This document shows positions 29,801 to 38,564 of a stretch of DNA of 64,000 nt, piece after piece. The DNA comes from an uncultured virus (IMG/VR IMGVR_UViG_2811995017_000002) (Duplodnaviria; Heunggongvirae; Uroviricota; Caudoviricetes): the IMG/VR virus record IMGVR_UViG_2811995017_000002, positions 1 through 64,000 of that record; one strand, written 5' to 3'. How positions within the stretch are numbered: position 1 is the first letter of the stretch; each line of letters starts with the position of its first letter. Both the position numbers and the translations under genes were made by a program. A model generated the notes under the pieces. It saw nothing but the letters and a program-made list of their open reading frames with translations, had not been told where the DNA came from and made no database searches.

Positions 29801-31014
29801 CGAATATTCCGAATCACATACAAACGAAGTCGACTACCGTGAAACTAAAGGACGGAATGTACAACCAACGCGCATATGTTGCGGATTGGAATAAGCCTGC
29901 GCGTACGGTATGTACCAATCGATTAGATCACGCGGAAATTCATCCCGGACCACTAACCGAAAGGAGCGAATATATGGGCGACTTTAACTTAACGCCGCAA
30001 CAGCCGGCAAACGGACTTACGGTACTCGAACTTTTTTGCGGGGGCGGACTCGGCGCAATCGGCTTTAAAGCGGCTGGCTTCGACATTGTGAAGGCGCTTG
30101 ACTTCGATAAGAACGCCGTTAAAGCATACCGACACAACTTCGGTGATCATGTTGAACAGGCGGATATAAACGCGGTAGATATCAATGACCTACCGAACAC
30201 AGACGTTATATTCGGCGGTCCCCCATGTCAGGACTTCTCGGTCGCAGGCAAAGGCGCTGGCGCTGACGGTGAGCGCGGTAAGTTAGTATGGCGTTACCTC
30301 GAAATTATTGCGGCTAAGCAACCGAAAGCCTTCGTATTCGAAAACGTAAAAGGATTGATAACGAAGCGCCATCGTCCTACATTCGATGCGCTTATCGAGA
30401 AGTTTAACGAAATAGGTTACGAGATTAGTTGGCAGGTTATAAACGCGTGGCATTACGGAGTAGCCCAGAAGCGAGAGCGCGTGTTCATCGTTGGAATACG
30501 AAAAGACCTCGGAATCACTTTCGAGTTTCCGAAGCCGTTAGAAGGCGATTATCAAACGCGGGTCCTGCGGGATGTTATCGGCGATTTGCCGGAAGCGAAT
30601 AACGAAGGTTACGGACTAAGAAATGACGAAAAACCCTATGCGCACAAAATTCCGGATGGTGGAAACTGGCGAAACCTTCCTGTTGAAGAGCAGAAAGCCT
30701 TTATGAAAGGTGCTTATTATAGCGGAGGGGGTCAAACGACGTACCTACGCCGATTGTCGGAAGATGAGCCCGCATTAACTGTAACTGCGTCGATAATGGC
30801 GAAAGCTACATGTCATCTACATCCGATAGAGCCGGGCAAAGCGCCGCGCCGTTTCACCGTTCGCGAATGTCTCCGAATCCAATCTGCGCCAGATACTTAC
30901 GTCCTGCCAGACGATATTTCCTTATCGGCGCAGTATCGGATCGTTGGAAACGGAATCGCTTCTCGTGTTGCGTGGTATGTAGGGCGAGCGCTTGCGGAAC
31001 AGCTACTCGTCTAA
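29797..31014 (+). CDS. Orphan C5 cytosine DNA methyltransferase with N-terminal extension
   Basis: LFCGGG (I), GGPPCQDFS (IV), FENVKG (VI), QKRERV (VIII), RECLRIQ (IX), YRIVGNG (X). Confidence 0.93.
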   Translation: MTNIPNHIQTKSTTVKLKDGMYNQRAYVADWNKPARTVCTNRLDHAEIHPGPLTERSEYMGDFNLTPQQPANGLTVLELFCGGGLGAIGFKAAGFDIVKALDFDKNAVKAYRHNFGDHVEQADINAVDINDLPNTDVIFGGPPCQDFSVAGKGAGADGERGKLVWRYLEIIAAKQPKAFVFENVKGLITKRHRPTFDALIEKFNEIGYEISWQVINAWHYGVAQKRERVFIVGIRKDLGITFEFPKPLEGDYQTRVLRDVIGDLPEANNEGYGLRNDEKPYAHKIPDGGNWRNLPVEEQKAFMKGAYYSGGGQTTYLRRLSEDEPALTVTASIMAKATCHLHPIEPGKAPRRFTVRECLRIQSAPDTYVLPDDISLSAQYRIVGNGIASRVAWYVGRALAEQLLV

Positions 31015-31389
31015 CTGAAACGCATACGTGTGCTTCGGATAGGCCAGGTACGGTTGTTTAGACGCCTCGCCATCCCCGATCAAATAATAGCGTTGCGGAA
31101 GCTTATCGACATCAATGCCGACCTTGCGTAAGAACGGCCTAGCCGACACGTTGCCGCGCTTATCGAACTTAAACGGCTTGACGTCCGGCTGATTAACGAG
31201 TTCGGGCTTTCCGACCACAATGCGGTTTGCTTCTGCGTCATATGCAACCGTAAGATAAAACGGTCCGTCCGCAGGTAATCCGATGATTCGCCGGGCACCA
31301 GCCGAAATAAATAAACGTCGATGCTTTTCGATTGTTATATACGCTTTGAGGTTGCGCTCAAAGTCGTTGGATATCCACGTAAGAGCCAT
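31003..31389 (-). CDS. Hypothetical protein convergent on the MTase gene, with its own sigma-A promoter
   Basis: TAAGGAG SD; minus-strand TTGACT(31450)-18-TATACT(31426). Confidence 0.65.
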   Translation of the reverse strand: MALTWISNDFERNLKAYITIEKHRRLFISAGARRIIGLPADGPFYLTVAYDAEANRIVVGKPELVNQPDVKPFKFDKRGNVSARPFLRKVGIDVDKLPQRYYLIGDGEASKQPYLAYPKHTYAFQLDE

Positions 31390-31503
31390 ATCGAATCTCC
31401 TTACGAAAGTATTTACGTTCAGTATAGCCGGATTAGTTACCGATAGTCAACAGAGTTGCGCGGATTGTTAACGAAGTTATTAACGAAAAAGGAGGCGGTT
31501 GTT

Positions 31504-31893
31504 ATCGGATCAGTCAAAATCGACCTACACCGAAAGGATCGCGAATTTGAAACGACATATGCGCTAGACAATGCGGAGGGCGTCAAAATGTTGCTCTCCG
31601 ATTATCCGAAGTTCGTCAGCCGCAAACGACTCGGAGAATACGAAGCTGCCGAAGTGCTGCTCGATCTGCACAAAGCGATTGAGCTTGCGGATCTGACCGA
31701 CAGGCAGCGCGAAGCTATCCGGCTCGTGTATTTCGAAGACCTGACGCAAGTAGAGGCAGGGAAACGAATGGGGATCGGGCAGGATGCCGTGTTTAAACAT
31801 ATCGATGCTGCTGCGGATAAGATCGCGGATATTTACTACTATTGGGCGGGACATAACGAAGGATACTCGACGGGAGGACGAATTAATGGATAA
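31504..31893 (+). CDS. Sigma70 region-4-type HTH regulator (late activator candidate); probable ATC start
   Basis: LTDRQREAIRLVYFEDLTQVEAGKRMGI; GGAGG 8 nt before in-frame ATC. Confidence 0.75.
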   Translation: MGSVKIDLHRKDREFETTYALDNAEGVKMLLSDYPKFVSRKRLGEYEAAEVLLDLHKAIELADLTDRQREAIRLVYFEDLTQVEAGKRMGIGQDAVFKHIDAAADKIADIYYYWAGHNEGYSTGGRING

Positions 31894-32380
31894 GGCGCTA
31901 CTACACGAAATGATCACGGAATTACAACAACGAACAAAAGCCGGAGAGCTTGACCGGATCCAACGTATTGAGGAAATTACCGCGCTGTCCGACGCTTATT
32001 TTGATGCAGTTGGAGAGCATCCGGATTCTATCGCGCTTGAACGTATGGCGAATCTTGTAATCTACGAAGAGATAACGAACCCACACCCGGATAAAATGGC
32101 TCGCGAAGAGTACCCGATCATGAGTGAAACGCAGCGAGAAGAGCGCATCAAGTCGGAGGCATCCGAAAAGCTCGCAGAAGAGTATGGTGCAGATGGTCGA
32201 AATTATAAAGTTCCGACGCGAAGAAAACGATCTTCATACGAGGAAAAGTTCGTTGATAGGGCGGCCAGGGCGCGAAATAAAGAGCGAAGGAACCGTTATA
32301 ACGATTTTGTAAAAGGGAAAACGCCGGGACAATTTACGGTCAATATCGCAACCGGCGAAAAAAATTGGGTATGCACCTAA
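31886..32380 (+). CDS. Hypothetical phage protein
   Basis: GGAGG SD, ATG 31886. Confidence 0.6.
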   Translation: MDKALLHEMITELQQRTKAGELDRIQRIEEITALSDAYFDAVGEHPDSIALERMANLVIYEEITNPHPDKMAREEYPIMSETQREERIKSEASEKLAEEYGADGRNYKVPTRRKRSSYEEKFVDRAARARNKERRNRYNDFVKGKTPGQFTVNIATGEKNWVCT

Positions 32381-32616
32381 CAAGGTAAAACAGTAAATAA
32401 TTTGCAGTTTAATAGATAAGTAGTTTCTTGAACTATGAGGGTGAAGGAGAGTTAGTATAGGAGATTATAATGATAGTAGTTTTGACCTATGTATTTGTTC
32501 AGAATGCACGGATGAATATACGGTGTTTGAAGATATGATGGAATGTTATAAAGACCATTATGAAAATCGTGAAAGTAGTCTTAAAAAGTAAATTAAACAA
32601 ATACAGGAGTGATTAA

Positions 32617-33411
32617 GTGGGGAAAGAGTTATTGGGAAGTTTAGAGTTAAATAGAGCATATCAAATGGATTGTCTAGAGGGTATGAAATTAATTCCCGCC
32701 GGGAGCGTGGATATGATTTTGTGTGATTTACCATATGGAACGACCGCTTGTAAGTGGGATACTATAATCCCCTTTGAACCGCTTTGGGAGCAATACGAAC
32801 GCATCATAAAAGACAACGGAGCAATAGTCTTAACAGCTTCTCAACCTTTTACAAGTCAGTTGGTTAATAGCAAAATAGAACTTTTTAAATATGAGTGGAT
32901 ATGGATTAAAAGTATAGTTGGGGGGGCGTTTGACGCAAAAAACAAACCGATGAAGAAGCACGAAAATGTTTTAGTTTTCAGTAAAGGCGGAATTCCTACA
33001 AATTCCAAAAACAAAATGAGGTACTTTCCACAAGGTCTATTGGAAATAGATAAAACAGTAAAAAACAACAAAACAATGAGAGCTAATTATGGCGGTGATA
33101 GACCAGGATTGAAAGACTCATACAAACAAACAAAAACAGGTTATCCGAACAGCCTTTTGGAGTTTAAAAATGATACAGGTTTGCATCCGACACAGAAACC
33201 AGTTGAATTATTTGAATACCTTATCAAGACTTACACCAACGAAGGTGATACGGTACTTGATAACTGTTTAGGCAGCGGAACAACAGCAGTAGCTTGTGAA
33301 TTAAATAATCGCAAGTGGATTGGATTCGAGACCGAAAAAGAGTATATAGAAATAATTAATAAGCGTCTCGACCAGATACAAGTTGAAGACGATTTATCTA
33401 AATATGAATAA
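32617..33411 (+). CDS. Orphan beta-class N6A/N4C DNA methyltransferase
   Basis: DLPY catalytic motif precedes HPTQKP and LDNCLGSGTT; AT-rich. Confidence 0.92.
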   Translation: MGKELLGSLELNRAYQMDCLEGMKLIPAGSVDMILCDLPYGTTACKWDTIIPFEPLWEQYERIIKDNGAIVLTASQPFTSQLVNSKIELFKYEWIWIKSIVGGAFDAKNKPMKKHENVLVFSKGGIPTNSKNKMRYFPQGLLEIDKTVKNNKTMRANYGGDRPGLKDSYKQTKTGYPNSLLEFKNDTGLHPTQKPVELFEYLIKTYTNEGDTVLDNCLGSGTTAVACELNNRKWIGFETEKEYIEIINKRLDQIQVEDDLSKYE

Positions 33412-33463
33412 AGTTTCACCCTGAAAGTTCAATATCCAAAAAATTTCTCACCAACCCCGATAC

Positions 33464-33489
33464 TTTTACCCGTTTTGCTGGCTATACGT
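33464..33489 (+). promoter_or_regulatory. Putative phage promoter class B (TTTTAC-N12-CTATACGT), copy 1
   Basis: Same motif and spacing at 38489-38514 upstream of the TerS candidate. Confidence 0.5.
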
Positions 33490-33542
33490 TATGAGGGCGC
33501 CAATCTAGCGCTCTTTTATTTTGTGAAAAAGGGGACGATATT

Positions 33543-34343
33543 TTGAAAAGATTACGAGTAGTAAACGCAGAGACAGGCGAAGATCTATCTACAGACTACA
33601 CGCTAAGGCACCGGAACCAGGACGAAGCCTTCCGGGAGCAGAAAAAGCAGTCGACGGACAGGCGTGACTTTTCCAACGCGAATATGTCTAATATTCACGA
33701 AGTCTATGACGCTCTCACGACAGCACAATGCGGCTATCTGATGCTGCTGCAATGCTACGTCGACTATAACGGTGTTCTCGTTAAATCTAGCCGCGATAAA
33801 ACGCCGATGACCACAGCGGACATGATGTCCGTCCTACAGCTCACGAAAAAGCGGATGACATTCTACGATTTCCTGAGCGCCTGTACTGCGCATGATATTA
33901 TTCGGGAAGAAGGCGGCGCCTATTCAGTGAACGAGCGCTATCATTTCAAAGGTAACTTCGGAAGCCAGTACGTTGTCAAACTCTACACCGCGAAAATTAA
34001 GAAGGTGTACAGCGAAGTGAAGGCGACAGACATCGGACTGATCTACCGGATGCTGCCGTTTATCCACTACGAAACAAACGCTCTTTGCGAGAATCCTTTC
34101 GAAAAGAATCCGAAGCATATACGGTGGTTCAATAAGAAAGAGCTTGCGGCGGCGATCGGAGTAACGCCGGATACGCTTGGCCGACGTCTGAAGCAGATGA
34201 AATTCGACGGGGAATTCGTTGTCGCGCGAATAAAGGTCGGCAGCGAACCGGAGCGATATACGTTCAATCCTAACGTGTTTTATCGACAATCCAAGGCGCC
34301 GGATAAGACGCTGCTTGCGATGTTTAACGTTAAGAAACCGTAA
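33543..34343 (+). CDS. Putative winged-helix DNA-binding protein (RepL-like)
   Basis: 266 aa; two HTH-like segments, C-terminal YTFNPNVFY. Confidence 0.5.
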   Translation: MKRLRVVNAETGEDLSTDYTLRHRNQDEAFREQKKQSTDRRDFSNANMSNIHEVYDALTTAQCGYLMLLQCYVDYNGVLVKSSRDKTPMTTADMMSVLQLTKKRMTFYDFLSACTAHDIIREEGGAYSVNERYHFKGNFGSQYVVKLYTAKIKKVYSEVKATDIGLIYRMLPFIHYETNALCENPFEKNPKHIRWFNKKELAAAIGVTPDTLGRRLKQMKFDGEFVVARIKVGSEPERYTFNPNVFYRQSKAPDKTLLAMFNVKKP

Positions 34344-34350
34344 ATAAACG

Positions 34351-34376
34351 AAAAAGGGCGCCGTAATTGGCGCCTC
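34351..34376. terminator. Terminator between convergent genes
   Basis: AAAA-GGGCGCC-GTAATT-GGCGCCT; T-tract on the minus strand. Confidence 0.65.
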
Positions 34377-34687
34377 TAATTCGTCTTAAACCCATTCACA
34401 AAGCTTTCTCCGTCCTGTTCCGTATGAATAAGCTGCTGAGCGCTTTGGCTGATCCGCTGTGCGAGCGCCTGCTGCGCTTTCCCTTCGAAGCTGTAGAGAA
34501 GTGATGAATAGACGCTGTTCATTTCCTTTTGTATGTCATCTACTTTGAATTTCGGTCTGAGGGTATTTCGAACGGATTCGAGCTTGGTTCCGGCCACGCC
34601 TCTCATACCCGTTTTCAGCATAGCAAGCTGCCTGCGCTTTTCCATTGGGTCGTTCTGCTTTTTGATTATTTGATCTAACGTATCCAT
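34376..34687 (-). CDS. Small helical WXG100-like T7SS partner protein
   Basis: 103 aa, helical, SFEGKA (WxG-like) motif; directly downstream of the lipase. Confidence 0.55.
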   Translation of the reverse strand: MDTLDQIIKKQNDPMEKRRQLAMLKTGMRGVAGTKLESVRNTLRPKFKVDDIQKEMNSVYSSLLYSFEGKAQQALAQRISQSAQQLIHTEQDGESFVNGFKTN

Positions 34688-34698
34688 CTACTCATCTC

Positions 34699-36127
34699 CT
34701 ATAACTTTAACCAGTTTGCGAGCATCTTGTCTTTTGATTTGAAATCCTTTGCGATTTGTGCGAGATAACCGCTGATCTCCTCTAAATCTGAAATCGTATC
34801 CTGCAATGACGCGATATAGGCCGCTTCGGCATCGACATCGTAAAACAGCGGATTCCCTTTTTTATCGAACGACTGCGCCAAATCATTCAGCGTATTGTTC
34901 ACATCCTCAAGTGAAAGCTGATCGTATAAGCCGTGGCCGACCTGGCGATAGGTATCGTATTTCAGATCGTTTATCGCGGCATCATGTTCCTGATAGGCGT
35001 TTTCCGCTTCTCTTTTCATCGTACGCAGGTCGTTTATAATCGCATTTACTTTTTCCGCAAGCTGCTTAGCGACTTCGGGGGTGACTTTAATCGCGCCGCT
35101 CCCTGATGCCACTTCAGCCGGCAGCATTGCTTTTAAATTTTTATCGTAGACGAGTTCATCGCCGTCTATATTCTTAATATTACCGTCTTCGTCGAAAGAG
35201 AAATTATTGCTGCCGACCCAATGCGTATCAGGCATCCCCAAGATTGCTGTCTGAAAGAAGTACGCAGCGTTTTCGCCAATTTGATCAGTTACCTTGCCTC
35301 GCATTCGCATTTCGCGCATAGCATTCGATACAGCAGGATCTTTTGTATATATCGTTGTTCCATTGTGGCGGTCGTACTCATTCCACCAACCGGCTCCGAT
35401 CATATCATCCGGATTTACGATCGACTTTACATACCGGTTGTATTCACCGTTATTGATTTCCTTTTGCTTTTCTTCGGAATGTAATTTAACGACGGAGGGA
35501 TTGTTGAATGCGACGGCATAGATATCGTTGTTGACCGCACTGTATTCCGCTTCTGCACCTCCGAGTGAGTGTCCAGTCGTTGAAATGATCGTCGAGGTGC
35601 CTTTATATTTTTGTTTGATTTCTCTTATAAGATCGTCGGCTTGACCGATTTGGGACGGTTTTGTAATCAATTTGTAGTTACCGGTGCTAAGCATAGCGTC
35701 TTGTGAGGGTGTGGAATTGTATTTTCCCAGTGTTTTGGATGTATCTTTCGCATCTTTTTCGATTATATAATGCGTTTTCTTTTTTGGATCTTGCCCCATC
35801 ACGATATTTCCACCGTCTGCTTTTACTAAGTCATCGATCGGGTCCTTTCCGGCGTCAGTACCGGCGAAGGCTACGACGACGTTTTTGGGGTTATCTGATT
35901 TAACCCACTTTCCGTTTTTCTCTTCGGCTTGTGACAGAACAACCGCATCAAGTCCGGTATCGTCATCCGACTTAATTTTTTCAACATACCACCGAGAAGA
36001 ACTACTCGTCGTTAAAGGTCTATTTTCTTTTAATGATTTTTTGATTTTGTCATAGTTATAAGAAAACCTACTTAAATAATAATATTCTTTATCGCTAATG
36101 TTTGGAATATCGATATTCTTAGGCATG
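34699..36127 (-). CDS. Alpha/beta-hydrolase lipase with C-terminal WXG/LXG-like helical domain (putative T7SS toxin)
   Basis: TGLDA, VVAFAGTD, GHSLGG nucleophile elbow; IKVTPE helical domain start; terminal FKSKD (FxxxD). Confidence 0.78.
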
Positions 36128-36176
36128 TACAACACCTCAACTCTAATGTAAAATTGTTTTAGGAAAGGATGAGTCT

Positions 36177-36521
36177 ATGAGAAAATACATAATTATCCTA
36201 ATCTCCATCGTAATTATAACATTTGGAGGTATTTACATGAAGCACCAACACGATCAAAAAGTAGCAGAAACCGAGTTGTTTAATCAGGCTAAAACTAAGA
36301 TGAAAACTTTTTTAGAAAAAAACTATAAAGATATTAAAGAAATAAATTTTTCGGATTCATATGACATAGACCCTATGGGCGGGATAACTGTAGAAGGATA
36401 TATAAATGGGGATAAAAATAAAGAGTTTTTCGGTACTTATGATAAAACTAACGATGAGATAGGCATTTCTTCAGTGGACGCAGAAGAGAAGCCAGAGTGT
36501 CAAGATAAAGTTTGTAAATAA
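36177..36521 (+). CDS. Membrane-anchored DUF1433-like protein (putative immunity)
   Basis: N-terminal TM anchor; FLEKNYKD...DPMGGITVEGYING. Confidence 0.7.
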   Translation: MRKYIIILISIVIITFGGIYMKHQHDQKVAETELFNQAKTKMKTFLEKNYKDIKEINFSDSYDIDPMGGITVEGYINGDKNKEFFGTYDKTNDEIGISSVDAEEKPECQDKVCK

Positions 36522-36558
36522 AGAGCCCGACTCAATTTTGAGTAGGGCTTTTCGTTTT
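36520..36558. terminator. Bidirectional terminator
   Basis: AAAGAGCCCGACTC-AATTTT-GAGTAGGGCTTTT. Confidence 0.7.
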
Positions 36559-36730
36559 ATATGCTCTTTTTCATTCCGCATCTACGGCACTCGCGAAGAA
36601 ATATCCCGTCCTTCACCGAACTTTTGAACAGTGTATAATCGCAGTTGTCGCAGCGGCCATGATGAGCGTCCGGATACTCTTTGTAGTCGTATATTTTCGT
36701 CGTGTCGTATCCCTTTGTTTCGTAATCCAT
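36557..36730 (-). CDS. Small Zn-ribbon protein (57 aa)
   Basis: GAGGA SD; CDNC...ECRRCG. Confidence 0.65.
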   Translation of the reverse strand: MDYETKGYDTTKIYDYKEYPDAHHGRCDNCDYTLFKSSVKDGIFLRECRRCGMKKSI

Positions 36731-36885
36731 TCGTCCTCAACCTCCGACTATTAGATTACGACATTAGCTCGTTTGAATCAACGACATAGACAATGTTTTT
36801 TCCACGAAATTAAAGCGTAGGAGCCGCCGGAATCTGTTGCGGGTATATTAGGTATCAGCGGCCGCTTAACGCCTGATTTCGTGTG

Positions 36886-37142
36886 TTATTCGATAACCTT
36901 AATCGCCTTAAATCCGCTGCCATTTTCGTATTGATCCTTCGTAAAAGTCACGCTAATCCGATCGCCCGGCTTTGCGTCTGTGGCGGCCGGATCAAAAGAG
37001 AAGCCGCCGTCGTCCGCAGAAACCGCGTAGTCTTTCCCTTCGACAATATACTCGCGTTCAACCGTTTGTTGGGCGTCTTTGGCTTCCGCAGCCATGTCGT
37101 CAGCCACACGATAAGCTATATCGACGTCTTCGTTTTATTCAT
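36886..37142 (-). pseudogene. Frameshifted or internally deleted small gene
   Basis: SD-led ATG 37142 gives MNKTKTSI-stop; the body (EDVDIAYRVADDMAAE...) is in another frame. Confidence 0.5.
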
Positions 37143-37335
37143 CGTCATTACCTCCGTGTTTGGTTGCGATTAGATAGCCGAGACATGTCAGCGCCGTATT
37201 AAACCCGATCTGATACGCCCTGCCAGCGTCTTTAAACGTCGCAATAGGGCGCTCATATAGATCGAGAAGTTGATTGGCCTGCTGCGGTCTTAATGGCGGT
37301 GTGTCCGACCACAAACGTTTTATATAAAGCGTCAT
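37135..37335 (-). CDS. Hypothetical protein
   Basis: GGAGG SD, 66 aa. Confidence 0.55.
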   Translation of the reverse strand: MTLYIKRLWSDTPPLRPQQANQLLDLYERPIATFKDAGRAYQIGFNTALTCLGYLIATKHGGNDDE

Positions 37336-37496
37336 TTCCGATTCCTCCCCGAGCTAAAGAATAGAAGCGCGATGAAAACGATCGCTGATCCGAGGCCGAC
37401 GTAGTCCAAGACGGACAGCCGGCCGAAGTTCATATCCGCAATCCAGGCGAGCAAGACGACAACTAACAAAATTTCGGTGGTATCAATTCGTTTCAT
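37332..37496 (-). CDS. Small two-TM membrane protein (54 aa)
   Basis: MKRIDTTEILLVVVLLAW...IVFIALLFF. Confidence 0.6.
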   Translation of the reverse strand: MKRIDTTEILLVVVLLAWIADMNFGRLSVLDYVGLGSAIVFIALLFFSSGRNRK

Positions 37497-37539
37497 TCGT
37501 GTTATAATTGATTGACAAGGGGCTTGCGCCCCTCGGTGT

Positions 37540-37686
37540 TTATGTTCGGCGACGGTGTTTCTTTGCGGGAAGCCGTCGCTTCTCACTTTCGGAGTCTTTT
37601 CGCATCTTGCGGAGTTCTAAGACGATCTTTAGAATTCCGAGCCAAGTTGCGATGATTGCCGAAAGTTTCATCACTACGTCAATCAA
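37540..37686 (-). CDS. Hydrophobic peptide with basic tail (48 aa), type I toxin-like
   Basis: GGGGGTG SD, TTG start; MIDVVMKLSAIIATWLGILKIVLELRKMRK...KKHRRRT. Confidence 0.6.
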   Translation of the reverse strand: MIDVVMKLSAIIATWLGILKIVLELRKMRKDSESEKRRLPAKKHRRRT

Positions 37687-37713
37687 TTACGTTCACCCCC
37701 TTTCTATACTCTT

Positions 37714-37777
37714 ATTATACGACAGCGTATAGATGAAGTCAAGCGAATTTGCGAAAAAATATTCTCTGGCGTATAAT
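37714..37777. promoter_or_regulatory. Divergent sigma-A promoters with palindromic operator
   Basis: Minus TTGACT-17-TATAAT (37742-37714); plus TTGCGA-17-TATAAT (37749-37777); TATACG-N4-CGTATA at 37716-37731. Confidence 0.75.
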
Positions 37778-37795
37778 TAACGCAGAGGTGATCGA

Positions 37796-38014
37796 ATGAA
37801 GGTAACGGTTAAGCCGCGTTTGCAAGCGCTCCTAGACGAAAAAGACTGGTCGCAATCAGAACTATCGAGAAGAACCGGCGTGCCACAACCGACTATTTCA
37901 CGCTTTGATTCCGCGGAAAGGCATCTCGATTGGCACGTGTTTGCACTGGCGAGAGCGCTTGGAGTAAATGTCGAGGAGTTATTCGAGGTGAAGATCGAAG
38001 ACGCTGACGAATAG
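37796..38014 (+). CDS. XRE/Cro-like HTH regulator
   Basis: WSQSELSRRTGVPQPTISRF...LARALGVNVEELF. Confidence 0.88.
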   Translation: MKVTVKPRLQALLDEKDWSQSELSRRTGVPQPTISRFDSAERHLDWHVFALARALGVNVEELFEVKIEDADE

Positions 38015-38488
38015 GTTGGCGTCTATTTCTTCGTGTTGACGTCGTATATTTATACGTTTTTATGAATAATAACACGACAGATATAACGGCGGGAGGTCGG
38101 GTGATTACCGTCTTATTCTCAATTAGAATAACGTAATTGATAATGAACACGATCTTATTCGTACAAATCGGCCAAAAACACGACTTTATTCGTACATGCG
38201 AAAAGAGGGTTCGTGCTTACAGCCGCAAGGGATTCGGCGATTTTTAGTCCGCAATCACTTCTTAGTCTTCTGAATCCGAAGACTAGCGGGAACTACGTTT
38301 CACTCCGTCCCGCAGAAACGCAATCATGTATATTGTATAAATAATTGTATCGCGATAAAGGTCTTAATAATATCCGCGGACACGGAGGAGCGCTAGCGAC
38401 GGAGTGGCCGCTATGTTTTAAAACAAACGGAAAGGAGTCCGTAAAACTAGCGAAAATAATTACGCTATCTTATCGAGAACTACGCATA

Positions 38489-38514
38489 TTTTACGTCCGT
38501 AGTTGTCTATACGT
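38489..38514 (+). promoter_or_regulatory. Putative phage promoter class B, copy 2 (late)
   Basis: TTTTAC-N12-CTATACGT about 50 bp upstream of the TerS candidate. Confidence 0.5.
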
Positions 38515-38564
38515 AGTAGAAGGACGTAAAGCTACGTAAACTTAACGGAAAGGAGGGCGGAAAA

